From NCBI RefSeq assembly GCF_012985225.1, contig NZ_JABEKZ010000024.1: 57,113 nucleotides of DNA; one strand, written 5' to 3'. This DNA is from Corallococcus exiguus (GTDB taxonomy: Bacteria > Myxococcota > Myxococcia > Myxococcales > Myxococcaceae). The translations under genes were made by a program, and so were the position numbers. Positions 8,807 through 18,371 of this stretch are shown piece by piece; position 1 is the first letter of the stretch, and each line of letters opens with the position of its first letter. The notes under the pieces were generated by a model that had not been told where the DNA came from, made no database searches, and saw only the letters and a list, made by a program, of their open reading frames with translations.

Positions 8807-11488
8807 ATGGCCGGAGGCCTGCGCGTAGGCGACTTGTATGTGGCGGTGACGGCCTCCGTGGGCGAGGCCCTGGCCAACCTCGGCAAGGTGGTGGAGGCCG
8901 TCGAGAAGGCCGCCAAGCAGGTGAAGGAAAAGTCCAAGGGGCTGGGCGAGATTGGCGCGGCGGTGGCGGCGGGGATTGCCGGCGCCGTCGCGGCGGCGTC
9001 CAAGTCCAATGCGGCCATGGAGCGCGAGACGGAGCGGATGACGGCGCTCCTCTACACGCTGGCGGCGGACGTCGGCGACGCCTTCCTGCCGGTGGTGCAG
9101 CACGTCGCGGACGGTGTCGAGCGTGTGGTGGCGAGCTTCCAGTCCCTCTCTCCGGAGATGAAGGCCGCCGCCTCGGACGTGCTCGTGTGGGTGGCTGGGG
9201 CGGGCCTCGCGGCTGGAGCGCTGGGGAAAGTGGCGAACGTTGTGGAAGGCGTGGCCACGGGCGCGGGCGGGCTGGTGAAGGTGCTGGGCCTGCTCAACAA
9301 GTCCGTCGGCCTGGCCTCCCTGGCGACCTCCATGGACAAGGTGACGGCCTCGATGGGCGGCATGGTGGCCAGCACGCCGTCCGTCACTGGCAGCCTGGGA
9401 CGCTTGGCCCTCTCCACCGGAAGCCTGCTGGTGCCGCTCGCGGCGGTGGCCGCTGCCGTGGCGGCGCTGGTGCTGCTGGCGGGTAGCGTCTACGCGGCCT
9501 GGGAGGACAGCAGCACGGGCCTCGCAGACTTCTTCCGGGACTTGGGCGACCAGCTGGCGAAGTGGGCGGGCCGCATCGCGGACGGCTTCTCCCGGGCCTT
9601 CCTGGCGCTGGGTGACTTCGTGAAGGGAGCGGCCCTCTCCGTCCTAGACGGCGTCGCGGCCCTGGTTCGCGGCGTCTCCCGCCTCCTGGAGCCCGTGGCG
9701 CGGCAGGCGGGCTTCCCGGAGCTGGCCGCCACCTTCCGGCAGGTGTCCACCATCACGGGCCGAGAGCTGCTGGAGACGCTGGGGCAGGGCGCCCAGGTGC
9801 TTTGGGATGGCGCGCGGCAGACGGCAGTTGCGGTGGGCGACGCCGTGGCCGGCGCGGGGCGGGAGCTGGAAGAGAGCGTCGCCTACGGCCTGCGCACCAG
9901 TGCGGCGGGTGCGAAGCGGCTCGGGGCGGACCTCGCCCGGGCCCTCAACCTGGAGGGCGTCACGTCGCAGATTCAGGCCCTCCTGGCGAAGCTGGCGGGT
10001 GGGGGTGGGGCACAGGGCAAGGCGCGCATCCGCAAGCCCACGGACAAGGCCGCGCTGGAGGCCGCCCAGAAACAGGAAGCGGCGGAGCAGGCCGCCATGG
10101 CGAAGCTCCAAACCCAGGCCAACGAGGAGTCGCGCAAGGAGTACCTGGCCAGCATCCGCGCGGAGGAGGCCGCCGGCGCCGCCGCATTCCACGAGATGCG
10201 CCTGGAGGCCGAGAGCCTCGCCGCTGAAGCGGAAGCGGCCATGGAAGCCGCGAGGGAGTCGCTGGTGGACCGCTTCATCGGCGGCCTGGGCCAGCTGGGC
10301 GACCTCATCAACGCGGGCATCCAGGGCATGGAGGCAGGCGGTGTCTACGGCGCCATCATCGCCGTGGTGGGCGAGTTGCTCATGCAGTCCGAGGGCTTCA
10401 AGGGCGTCATCGAGTCCGTCAACACGCTCATCCAGAAGGTGGCCGACTCGCTGGGCACACTGCTGGAGCCGCTCCAGCCCCTGCTCAACGCGGTGACGAT
10501 GGTGGTGGACGGCTTTCTCTCCGCCCTGACACCCGTCTTCGAGATGCTGGGGGAGGCGATTGAACCGCTGGTGCCGCCGCTGGTGATGCTGGGCGACATC
10601 GTGAAGGGCCTGGCGCCCCTTTTCGAGGTGCTGGGCCGCACCTTCCTGCTGATTCAGCAGCCGCTCAGCATCCTGGGCGGGCCCATCATGAAGGCCCTTT
10701 TCACGGCGCTGAAGTTCGTCGGCAGCGTCGTCCTCACCATCGCGAAGGCCATCAGCGAAGTCTGGAATGCCGTCATCGGCGCGGTGCAGACCGTCATCCG
10801 CGCCATCTCCAGCCTCATCGACTGGACGGGCTTCGACGGGCTGAAGAAGTTCGCGCGCTCGCTCAACAAGCTGAAGGTGGACACCGACAGCATGGACGAC
10901 TCCCTGCGCGTGCTGGAGGACACGACGTGGGACTCGGCGAAGGCGCGTGCCGAGGAAACCGCCCAGGTGGAGGAGCACACGGAGGCCGTGGCCCGCGCGA
11001 CGGCAGCACTCACCAACGTGCCGACCGCGTGGAAGGTGGCGCTGCGCCGCTTCGAGTCCGAGGACACGCAGGACGGCCCCACGGTGCCGCCCAAGCCGAA
11101 GCCCACGCCCGGGTCCGACGACAACGACGAGGCGGAGGCATCTGACGGCCCCACCTCGCCCAGCGGGCCAGTGCCGGGTTGGCTCTTCGGCATGTTCCCG
11201 CCCGAGCTCCAGCAAATCCTCTTGGGGCAGGTGCCCGCGATGCCTGCGGCGCCGGGTTGGTTCGGCAGCTACCTGCCTCCTGGCTTCAGCGGAGGAGGGC
11301 AGGTGCGTGCGCCCGAGGCGGGCAACGTCTCCGCCATGGCCGCGCCCGTCACCTACAACATCACCGGCTACGACATCGACGCCGCCATGGAAGCGACGCG
11401 GCGGGACGAGTCGCTGCGCCAGCAGCGTGCGAGCATCCGCGTTGCTGGCAGCCGCGTGCGCCTCACGGCGCGCTTCTCTGGCTCTTGA
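8807..11488 (+). CDS. Tail tape measure protein
   Basis: 893 aa. It is Ala/Gly/Leu-rich and strongly helical, with long coiled-coil stretches, and sits after the G/GT pair. Confidence 0.8.
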   Translation: MAGGLRVGDLYVAVTASVGEALANLGKVVEAVEKAAKQVKEKSKGLGEIGAAVAAGIAGAVAAASKSNAAMERETERMTALLYTLAADVGDAFLPVVQHVADGVERVVASFQSLSPEMKAAASDVLVWVAGAGLAAGALGKVANVVEGVATGAGGLVKVLGLLNKSVGLASLATSMDKVTASMGGMVASTPSVTGSLGRLALSTGSLLVPLAAVAAAVAALVLLAGSVYAAWEDSSTGLADFFRDLGDQLAKWAGRIADGFSRAFLALGDFVKGAALSVLDGVAALVRGVSRLLEPVARQAGFPELAATFRQVSTITGRELLETLGQGAQVLWDGARQTAVAVGDAVAGAGRELEESVAYGLRTSAAGAKRLGADLARALNLEGVTSQIQALLAKLAGGGGAQGKARIRKPTDKAALEAAQKQEAAEQAAMAKLQTQANEESRKEYLASIRAEEAAGAAAFHEMRLEAESLAAEAEAAMEAARESLVDRFIGGLGQLGDLINAGIQGMEAGGVYGAIIAVVGELLMQSEGFKGVIESVNTLIQKVADSLGTLLEPLQPLLNAVTMVVDGFLSALTPVFEMLGEAIEPLVPPLVMLGDIVKGLAPLFEVLGRTFLLIQQPLSILGGPIMKALFTALKFVGSVVLTIAKAISEVWNAVIGAVQTVIRAISSLIDWTGFDGLKKFARSLNKLKVDTDSMDDSLRVLEDTTWDSAKARAEETAQVEEHTEAVARATAALTNVPTAWKVALRRFESEDTQDGPTVPPKPKPTPGSDDNDEAEASDGPTSPSGPVPGWLFGMFPPELQQILLGQVPAMPAAPGWFGSYLPPGFSGGGQVRAPEAGNVSAMAAPVTYNITGYDIDAAMEATRRDESLRQQRASIRVAGSRVRLTARFSGS

Positions 11489-11499
11489 GGAATCCCTCT

Positions 11500-12315
11500 A
11501 TGCCGGCTGCCCTGGCCCTTTCTGGAATCCCCTTGCCCGTTTCAGCGGAGCGGGGCCTGACGTACACGCCGACGCTACTGGGCGAGCACCGCCGCGCCTT
11601 CTCCGGGTGGCTGCGCAGCAGCGAGCGGCGCGAAGTCTTCACCCTGTCGGGCAACACCGGCCCCCTGACGCAGGAGGAAGCCCGCGCGTACCGGGGGCTC
11701 CTCAAGGGAGAGGGCCAGGTGTGGAGCTTCGAGGACGGGCTGCGTAGCCAGGCCTTACTCTCGCCGAGCGCCATGGTGGGCAACGTGTGGGCAGTGGAGG
11801 CCATGGGCCGCTTCGGTGGGTGCCTGCTCATGGAGGCGGGCGCCAGCGTCACCTTTCCCACGGGCCTCGGGGCGAAGTGGACGGTGGCCTACTGGTGGAA
11901 GCGCCAGGGGACGAAAGACAGGTGGCACCACCACGTCCACCGCGCAGGTCTGGGCCTCAGCGTCAACGGCGTGCCGGGCACCAGCCCTCACGCGGACGGC
12001 TTCCTCGTCGTGGACGGCGCGGGCCAACTGCCCCAGGGGGCGGTGACGCTCAGCAACGCGCCGGACGCTGGCGAGCTGCTGGTGGACGAGCTGGTGGTGC
12101 TGCCGTGGGTGGCGCCCGCGTCGTGGGTGGCTCCGTGGTTCGTCGCTGGGGAGCCCTTCGGCGCGCCGTACCCGTACCACCGGGCTTCGGGCGCCGCCCT
12201 CTACGAGCCGCTGCCCGTGCTGGGCCGGGTAGGGACGGGACGCGCGGTGCAGTGGTGGGAGGGCGGCGTCCTCGTCCTCGGGCAGGAGTTCGACTTCGAG
12301 TTGCAGGAGCGCTGA
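11500..12315 (+). CDS. Tail tip protein, distal-tail-like
   Basis: ATG at 11500 has a GAGGAA SD. The 271-aa gene directly follows the tape measure, the usual position of the distal tail protein. The 5' part of the track ORF (11179-11499) overlaps the tape measure and was discarded. Confidence 0.4.
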   Translation: MPAALALSGIPLPVSAERGLTYTPTLLGEHRRAFSGWLRSSERREVFTLSGNTGPLTQEEARAYRGLLKGEGQVWSFEDGLRSQALLSPSAMVGNVWAVEAMGRFGGCLLMEAGASVTFPTGLGAKWTVAYWWKRQGTKDRWHHHVHRAGLGLSVNGVPGTSPHADGFLVVDGAGQLPQGAVTLSNAPDAGELLVDELVVLPWVAPASWVAPWFVAGEPFGAPYPYHRASGAALYEPLPVLGRVGTGRAVQWWEGGVLVLGQEFDFELQER

Positions 12316-12318
12316 CGC

Positions 12319-14721
12319 ATGCGGCCCCTCTCTTCCTTCCAGGCGGCCCTGCTGGGCAGCCCTTCCGGCTACTCCACCCACCCGCGCGTCTGGGTACGCG
12401 ACGCGGCAGGGGCGTGGCGCGGCCTGCACACCCTCCTGGGCTTTGACTGGGTGCTGGGCGTGCGCATCAACGACAAGATGGACGCGCCCGTGGCCGAAGC
12501 GGAGGTGTCGCTGGTGCGCAGCGGCGCCGCTGGAGCACGCCTCTCCCTCTCGCCCCTGGTGGTGCAGTCCCTCGCCAACACCTCCGACGCGGGCACCTTC
12601 GCGCCGCTGCTGGTGGAGGGCGCCTATTTCCGCGTGGAGCTGGGCCTCGCGCCGCTCGCCACCGCGCCGAAAGAGGCGGACTACTTCGAGGTCTTCCGGG
12701 GCCGCATCGATGAGGTGGACGCCGGGCCCGACGAGCTGCGCGTCGTAGGCCGCGACTTGGGCGGGCTGCTGCAGGACACCTTCATCGAGGTGGAGCGCGA
12801 ATACGGCAATGACACGGTGGGCGTGGCCGTGCAGACCATCATCCAGGCGCTGTTGGACGACAACGGCCTCGCCCCCTTCGCACTCTTCACGCCTGTGGAC
12901 CCCATGTCCCAGCGCGGCCGGTACGTGCAGAAAGTGGAGCCGGTGCTGGATGCGGCGCGCACCCTAGCTCAGCGGATTGGCTGGGACTGCCGCATGCGCT
13001 GGCAGCCTGCCGCGAGCGCCTACGCGCTGACGCTCTCCGCGCCCAACCGCCTCCAGACGGAGGAAGACTGGAGCTATGGCCCGGACGAGTACGGCAACCT
13101 CGATGGTGTGACGCGGCAGTTGGCGGACATCCGCACGGACGTAGAGGTCGTCTACAGCGACAAGTTTGACTTGGATGCCTCGGGCACGCCGAATCGAAAG
13201 ACGGTGACGGCCAGCAACCCCACGGCTCGGGCCCAGGTGGGCCGCCGCTGGATGCAGGTAGCGGAGGAGTCCTCCAGCAACATCGACACGCAGGCCGAAG
13301 CCCAGCGACTCGCGGACGCGGCCATCGCGGACCTCTCCGTCTCGCCTCTCACTGTCACCATGGCGGTGGACCCTCACCCCGGCCTGGAGCTGGCGGACCT
13401 GGTGCTCGTGCTGCCGGACGGCGTGCGCCTCGACACGGCGCAGCGGCTCGCGGTGCAAGAGCTGGAGCACCAGTGCGCGACGGATGGCACCGCGCGCATG
13501 AAGCTGGTGCTGCGTGGCCAGCCCTCCACGTCGCTGCGTGAGTGGCTGGAGCGCGACAGCCGGCCGGGCATCGCCCCCAGCGCAACCTTCACGGGCCCGG
13601 CCGCGCCGCAGGAGGTGCGGGCGACGCCGACCGTAAATGGATGCTTGGTGACGTGGACCCCCGCGACTACCGGCCCGGCCTGGGACGAGTACGAGGTGCA
13701 CGCGTCTCGAACGCCGGGCTTCCAGCCCTCGGAGGCCACCTTCCAGGGGAGGGCGTCTGCGACGCGCTTCCTGCTTTCCGAGTTGCGTCCCGGCGCCACC
13801 TACTACTGCCGGGTGGTGGGCCGCGACGCCACGGGCAACCTGGGCGCGCCATCCGCCGAGGTGTCAGTCACCACGGCCTACGTGACACCCGCCACGTTGC
13901 AGCCCGCCGTGGCCTTCGGGGAGTCGCCACCCAACCCCGACTTCGAGGCGCACTCGTTCGAGGAGCTGCCGCCGGACGCCTGGACGATGGGCGCTGGACT
14001 CTGGGGTGCGCACGCTCAGGTGACGGCGGACGCGTACACGGGCGCGCGAGCTGTCCGGCTGGTGGCGAGCGGCACGCGGCTGGACTCCCAGGCGATGATT
14101 GCGCGGCCAGGTGACAGGTACAGCGTGGATGCCCTGGCAAGAGCGTCGCAGACAGGGACGGCATTCTCCGTCCAACTTGTCTGGTACGGCGGCGCCTTCA
14201 ACGTGTTGGGTACGGTGAGCACGACGAAGGTGCTTCCGACGAGCGACTGGGCGCCATTCACCGGCTTCCACAACGCGCCTGCCGGGACGCGCTACGTCCA
14301 GGTGCGCCTGCTGGCCCAGGCGACGCAAGGCGCGCCGTGGGTGTACGTCGATTCGGTGCGCTTGGACCGCATTGGCGGCCTCGTCGAGCCGTGGACGGCC
14401 ATTCGCACCGGGCAGATTAGCGACCTGGAGAATGGCTGGGTGGCGTGGGATGCCTCCAACTGGCCCCTGGGCTTCTACAAGAACAGCGACAACGAGGTGT
14501 CCGCACGCGGCCTCATCCGCCCTGGGACGGTGGGCTACGTGAACGCGTACCGCTTCCCGGTGGGCTACCGGGCCAGCTCCAACCGCATCCTGTCACTGCC
14601 GACGAGCCACGGCTTCGCCATGGGGCAGCTCAACGTGGATGGGGGCCTCCAGGTCTTCAGCATGCCCACGGGCGCGGCCTGGGTGAGCCTCGACGGAGTG
14701 CGATTCCGCGCGGAAGGGTGA
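12319..14721 (+). CDS. Tail fibre / host-specificity protein with a fibronectin type III domain
   Basis: 800 aa. An FN3-like segment (...VTWTPATTGPAWDEYEVHASRTPGF...LRPGATYYCRVVGRDATGNLGAPS) is followed by a C-terminal domain that looks like a carbohydrate-binding domain. Confidence 0.55.
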   Translation: MRPLSSFQAALLGSPSGYSTHPRVWVRDAAGAWRGLHTLLGFDWVLGVRINDKMDAPVAEAEVSLVRSGAAGARLSLSPLVVQSLANTSDAGTFAPLLVEGAYFRVELGLAPLATAPKEADYFEVFRGRIDEVDAGPDELRVVGRDLGGLLQDTFIEVEREYGNDTVGVAVQTIIQALLDDNGLAPFALFTPVDPMSQRGRYVQKVEPVLDAARTLAQRIGWDCRMRWQPAASAYALTLSAPNRLQTEEDWSYGPDEYGNLDGVTRQLADIRTDVEVVYSDKFDLDASGTPNRKTVTASNPTARAQVGRRWMQVAEESSSNIDTQAEAQRLADAAIADLSVSPLTVTMAVDPHPGLELADLVLVLPDGVRLDTAQRLAVQELEHQCATDGTARMKLVLRGQPSTSLREWLERDSRPGIAPSATFTGPAAPQEVRATPTVNGCLVTWTPATTGPAWDEYEVHASRTPGFQPSEATFQGRASATRFLLSELRPGATYYCRVVGRDATGNLGAPSAEVSVTTAYVTPATLQPAVAFGESPPNPDFEAHSFEELPPDAWTMGAGLWGAHAQVTADAYTGARAVRLVASGTRLDSQAMIARPGDRYSVDALARASQTGTAFSVQLVWYGGAFNVLGTVSTTKVLPTSDWAPFTGFHNAPAGTRYVQVRLLAQATQGAPWVYVDSVRLDRIGGLVEPWTAIRTGQISDLENGWVAWDASNWPLGFYKNSDNEVSARGLIRPGTVGYVNAYRFPVGYRASSNRILSLPTSHGFAMGQLNVDGGLQVFSMPTGAAWVSLDGVRFRAEG

Positions 14722-14761
14722 CGCACGCCGCACGTCAAAATCCGCCCCCATTCAGTGGGGG

Positions 14762-15328
14762 ATGATTCCCAATCCTGAACTCTTCTCCCGTCTCGATTTG
14801 AAGTCCCTCTATCCGCCCTTCCAGGCGGTGATGGGGGAAGTCATCGCCCGTTGCCGTGCACGCGGCGCGGACTACGTCGCCACGCGCGGCTACGCCACCT
14901 TCGCCGAGCAGCGCGTGCTGCACCTGCGCTACCTGAAGGGGGAGGGTGGCCGTGCGGCTCCGGAAGGACTCTCCGCGCACAACTACGGCCTGGCGAACGA
15001 CTTCTGCCGCGATGGCGATGTGGACCGGCCTGGGCTCCAGCCGCGCTGGGACGGGCCGGCCTACGCCATTCTCGGCGAGGAGACGCGCCGCGCGGGCTTG
15101 GCTTGGGGTGGCTCCTTCGGGGATGCGCCGCACTGTCAGTGGCCCGGCCTCGTGAGCGGCAGCCAGCTGGAGCCCGTGCGCGGCCTCTTCCTCTCGGAGC
15201 CAGCGGGCAGCACGGACGCGCAGCGGCTCGCCGCCGTCTGGCGCTTCCTCGACACGCTGCGCTCGATGCCGGAGTGGCGCGCCATGCACCCGGCGCTCGC
15301 CGCCTCGCTGGCGCGGCTCGGCTTCTGA
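14762..15328 (+). CDS. Endolysin, peptidase M15 (VanY / L-Ala-D-Glu peptidase-like)
   Basis: SAHNYGLANDF matches the SxHxxGxAxD motif, and a ...GDAPHCQW metal-ligand-like segment follows. It occupies the lysis-cassette position after the fibre gene. Confidence 0.55.
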   Translation: MIPNPELFSRLDLKSLYPPFQAVMGEVIARCRARGADYVATRGYATFAEQRVLHLRYLKGEGGRAAPEGLSAHNYGLANDFCRDGDVDRPGLQPRWDGPAYAILGEETRRAGLAWGGSFGDAPHCQWPGLVSGSQLEPVRGLFLSEPAGSTDAQRLAAVWRFLDTLRSMPEWRAMHPALAASLARLGF

Positions 15329-15369
15329 CTCCCGTGCGGCGCTTCCGCCGCACCTCACCCACGAAAGGC

Positions 15370-15879
15370 ATGCCCATGCTGCGACGTCTCGCCGTCCTCT
15401 TCCTTTGCCTCGTCTTCCCCTCCGTCGCCTTCGCGCAGGCGAACAGCTCGCCCGACCCGGGCAACGTGGAGTCCTTCGCGCGCCTCATCCTCGACGCGGT
15501 GACGGCCCGCAACTGGGCCCTCGTCGCGTCCCTGGCCGTCATCGCTCTCGTCTACGTGCTGCGCCGCTTCGTGGGCGCGTGGTGGCCGCTCTTGCGTACG
15601 GCGCGGGCGGGCGCGGTGCTGGCGCTGCTGCTGTCCGTCGCGGGTGCGGTGTCCAACGCGCTGCTGGCGGGCGAGTCCTTCACCGTGGCCCTGCTGCTGA
15701 AGGCGCTCACCATCGGCCTCGGGGCGGCGGGCGGCTTCACGGTGGTGAAGACGCTCCTCTTCGGTGACTCGGTGGCGGACGCGGCGCGCGAGGCGGGGGA
15801 GGTGGCGGCCGGGGAGATTGCCGGTAAGGCGGCGGCGGTGGCCGCGCTCGATGCACTCCAGCCGGGCAACAAGCGGTGA
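15370..15879 (+). CDS. Holin-like / lysis-associated membrane protein
   Basis: ATG at 15370 with a GAAAGG SD. An N-terminal signal-like segment is followed by two or three hydrophobic helices. It lies downstream of the endolysin. Confidence 0.35.
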   Translation: MPMLRRLAVLFLCLVFPSVAFAQANSSPDPGNVESFARLILDAVTARNWALVASLAVIALVYVLRRFVGAWWPLLRTARAGAVLALLLSVAGAVSNALLAGESFTVALLLKALTIGLGAAGGFTVVKTLLFGDSVADAAREAGEVAAGEIAGKAAAVAALDALQPGNKR

Positions 15880-16172
15880 GGGGCCTGGTACTGGCGCTGG
15901 CCCTGCTGGTGGCGGGGCGTGCGCGTGCGGAAGGCGAAGTGCTGGACGTGGCCCGCGCCACCGTGACGCTTCAGGACGGGCGCACGGTGGTGGTGGCCGA
16001 GGGATGCTGGTTGTCCACGGAGCGCTGCATCCTCACGGCCCGCGAGCTGCGCCGTCTCCAGGCGGAGAACGAGGTGCTCCGCCAGCAGCCGCGCCCAGTC
16101 CCTGTCCTGGCTGTGGTGCTGGCCGTGGTGCTCGGCGCGGGGGCGGGCTTCGCCCTCGCTCGGGTGCGGTGA
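15876..16172 (+). CDS. Spanin-like small membrane protein
   Basis: 98 aa with an N-terminal signal peptide, a coiled segment and a C-terminal transmembrane segment (PVPVLAVVLAVVLGAGAGFALA). The GTGA start overlaps the previous stop. Confidence 0.3.
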   Translation: MRGLVLALALLVAGRARAEGEVLDVARATVTLQDGRTVVVAEGCWLSTERCILTARELRRLQAENEVLRQQPRPVPVLAVVLAVVLGAGAGFALARVR

Positions 16173-16271
16173 TGACTCTTTAGGGTCCGTGATTGTGGAC
16201 TTTAAAAGTCAACTGCGCTCAAACTCCTAGGGAGGCGCCGCCGCGCCTTCTCTCCCGCCTCCCGAGGAGCC

Positions 16272-17441
16272 ATGCCCGACACGACAACTGACGACCTGGC
16301 GCGCACCGAAGCCTCCGCGCTCCGCAGGCAGCTTCCGCCGACGCCTGAGAGGCCGCTGCACCTATTCACCATCGACGGCATCCGCTACGAGGCCGTCCGC
16401 GAACTGGTGCTGATGGAGACGGGTGAGGTGCTGATGCTGGCCCATCGCTTCTCAGAGCGCGGCAACAAGCTGGCCGGCCATTGCTTCGTGCGGCGGCTGG
16501 CGAACCCCTCCACCTTCATGCAGCGCACGCGGCTGGGGGAGGAGATTCAGCTGGCCTTCCGTCTGCGCCACCCGGCCATCGCCACCGTGTTTCACCGCAA
16601 GGTGCACAAGGGCGCGCTGCACGCCGTCATGGAGTACGTGGACGGCCCCTCGCTGGAGACGCTGGTGAGTGCGGGTGTTGCGCGCGGCCGGCCCGTCTCC
16701 GAGGCCTTCGCCCTCTACGTCGGCGCGGAACTCGCGGAGGCCCTGCATCACGCACACACGCTGACGGACGCGGACGGCAAGGCGCTGGGCGTCATCCACC
16801 GCGACGTCAACCCCCGGCACGTCTACGTGGGGACGCAGGGCGAGGTGAAGCTGACGAACTTCGGCGCGGCGTACTCGCTGGTGGTGGGGCGCGAGGAGTC
16901 GCCCGCGAGCCTCGTGCGTGGCGACGTGGCGTATGCCTCGCCGGAGTACCTGACGCGGCAGCCGCTTTCGCCTCGCTCTGACGTCTTCAGCCTGGGCGTG
17001 CTGCTGGTGGAACTCTTCACCGGCAAGCACCTCTTCGACGTGGAGGACGTGCCGCGCCCGCTCAAAGGCATGGTCCGCCTCCAGCCCGAAATCCTCCCTT
17101 CGCTGCCGCTCACGCAGATGCAGGTGCTGCTGGACAGCTTTGGGCCGGAGGACGTCGAGGAGGCCGTGGCCTCACTCTCTCCGGACGTGAAGGCCATGCT
17201 GCATGTCGCGTTGCGCGCCAAACCCGAGGGGCGATTCGCCACGGCGGCGGACATGCGCGATGCGATGCGCGTTGCCCTGGCGAGGCGGCACCCTGGCTAC
17301 GGCCGGCAGGAAGCCGCAGCGGAATGGGCCCAGGTGCTGGCGGAGGGCAGCGTCCTTCGCGATGAGGTGGAGTTCGGCGAGGAGCGCTTCTTCCCCGAGG
17401 GGCTGGAGGCTCACGAGTTGGAGGGCTTGAAGCGGGAGTAG
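16272..17441 (+). CDS. Ser/Thr protein kinase-like protein, predicted pseudokinase
   Basis: Kinase fold with HRDVNPRH and APE-like SPEYL. The VAIK lysine is missing (FVRRL), DFG is replaced by NFG, the catalytic-loop Asn is His, and the Gly loop is degenerate. Confidence 0.6.
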   Translation: MPDTTTDDLARTEASALRRQLPPTPERPLHLFTIDGIRYEAVRELVLMETGEVLMLAHRFSERGNKLAGHCFVRRLANPSTFMQRTRLGEEIQLAFRLRHPAIATVFHRKVHKGALHAVMEYVDGPSLETLVSAGVARGRPVSEAFALYVGAELAEALHHAHTLTDADGKALGVIHRDVNPRHVYVGTQGEVKLTNFGAAYSLVVGREESPASLVRGDVAYASPEYLTRQPLSPRSDVFSLGVLLVELFTGKHLFDVEDVPRPLKGMVRLQPEILPSLPLTQMQVLLDSFGPEDVEEAVASLSPDVKAMLHVALRAKPEGRFATAADMRDAMRVALARRHPGYGRQEAAAEWAQVLAEGSVLRDEVEFGEERFFPEGLEAHELEGLKRE

Positions 17442-17445
17442 TGCT

Positions 17446-17805
17446 TCAGCGCGCCAGGGCCGAGGCGACGTGGAGGAGGGCCGCGAGGTCCTCCGCGTCC
17501 AGCTTGCGCGCGAGGTGGAGGAGGCGCCGCAGCTCCGGGGCGTCCTCTTCCTTGGGCTTGGGCTTCGTGGCCTTGCGCACGTCACCCGTGGGAGTCAGGC
17601 CCATCAGCTTCTCGGGAGACACCCGCAGCTCGCGGCAGAGGCGGTAGAGGGAGGGGACGCTGGGAAGCATCTTCCCGCGCTCCAGGCGGTTGTAGACGGG
17701 GTGCACCAGCCCAATGCGCTCCGCGACTTCAGCCTGCGTCAGGCCCAGGTGCTGACGTGCGGCGCGGGCCTCCGTGCCGATGGTGATGCCGATTTCCTCA
17801 TTCAT
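17446..17805 (-). CDS. XRE-family helix-turn-helix transcriptional regulator
   Basis: GLTQAEVAERIGLVHPVYNRLERGKMLPSVPSLYRLCRELRVSPEKLMG is a canonical Cro/CI-type HTH. Confidence 0.7.
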   Translation of the reverse strand: MNEEIGITIGTEARAARQHLGLTQAEVAERIGLVHPVYNRLERGKMLPSVPSLYRLCRELRVSPEKLMGLTPTGDVRKATKPKPKEEDAPELRRLLHLARKLDAEDLAALLHVASALAR

Positions 17806-17832
17806 GGCGGGCGCAGCGTAGCCGAGGGCGCG

Positions 17833-18180
17833 CTACCGGGACTCGGGAAGCAGCAGGAGCAACGCCCGCACCTGGGCCTCCTCCAGGTTGCGCACACGCA
17901 GGAGGAGTTGGTGCCGGGCCGGGAAGTCGTTGGAGACGGGCGTGTGGCCCATCAGCTCGTCTGGGGTGACGCCCAGCGCGCCGCACAGGCGTTGGATCGT
18001 GGAGACGCGGGGAAGCATGCGTCCTCGCTCCATGCGGCTGTAGACGGCATGCGCGAGGCCCACGCGCTGGGCCATTTCGGCCTGGGTGAGTCCCAGGCGG
18101 GTGCGTGCGGCCCGCGCGGCGTCACCAATGGTGCTGGCGAGTGGTTGGGAATGGGCCGGCTGCGAAGGGTGGCGCGCCAT
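17833..18180 (-). CDS. XRE-family HTH transcriptional regulator, paralogue of 17446..17805
   Basis: GLTQAEMAQRVGLAHAVYSRMERGRMLPRVSTIQRLCGALGVTPDELMG. The start at 18180 was chosen from the longer ORF; the true start is uncertain. Confidence 0.6.
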   Translation of the reverse strand: MARHPSQPAHSQPLASTIGDAARAARTRLGLTQAEMAQRVGLAHAVYSRMERGRMLPRVSTIQRLCGALGVTPDELMGHTPVSNDFPARHQLLLRVRNLEEAQVRALLLLLPESR

Positions 18181-18371
18181 GGCGGAATCGTAACCGAAGT
18201 CCTGCCAAGGGTGAATGCTAGAGGTTGGGTGACTACGGATGGACTCCATGAGTCCTTTTTGGTGAGCGCGTCCAGAGGGAGGGATTCCCGGGCTTCTCGC
18301 GCTTCTGGTAGGGTCCGCGCCCCGCTGGGAGGACGCATGGAAGAGGCCTGGGAGCCCAAAGGAAGGACGCC

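Larger units (their letters stand above)
1..16172 (+). mobile_element. Prophage, HK97-like siphovirus structural and lysis module. The left end is open: no terminase or integrase lies inside the window
   Basis: Co-oriented run of portal, prohead protease, HK97-type major capsid, gp6-like connector, head closure, gp10-like protein, major tail protein, a G/GT chaperone pair with a slippery site, an 893-aa tape measure, a tail tip protein, a fibre with an FN3 domain, an M15 endolysin and holin/spanin-like genes. The structural genes abut each other with 4-bp ATGA/GTGA overlaps. Host-type genes (kinases) begin at 16272. Confidence 0.75.

Noticed and set aside
9644-11215. 523-aa minus-strand ORF inside the tape measure gene
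   Set aside because: It is antisense to a strongly supported 893-aa tape measure. Its translation is Arg/Gly/Leu-biased with no motifs, a GC-driven open frame.
11179-11499. 5' extension of the tail-tip ORF overlapping the end of the tape measure gene
   Set aside because: The ATG at 11500 has a good SD and abuts the tape measure stop. The extension would require 310 nt of out-of-frame overlap with the tape measure.
14851-15369. 5' extension of the holin-like ORF overlapping the endolysin
   Set aside because: The in-frame ATG at 15370 with SD and signal peptide gives a sensible protein. The extension is Arg-rich and lies inside the endolysin gene.
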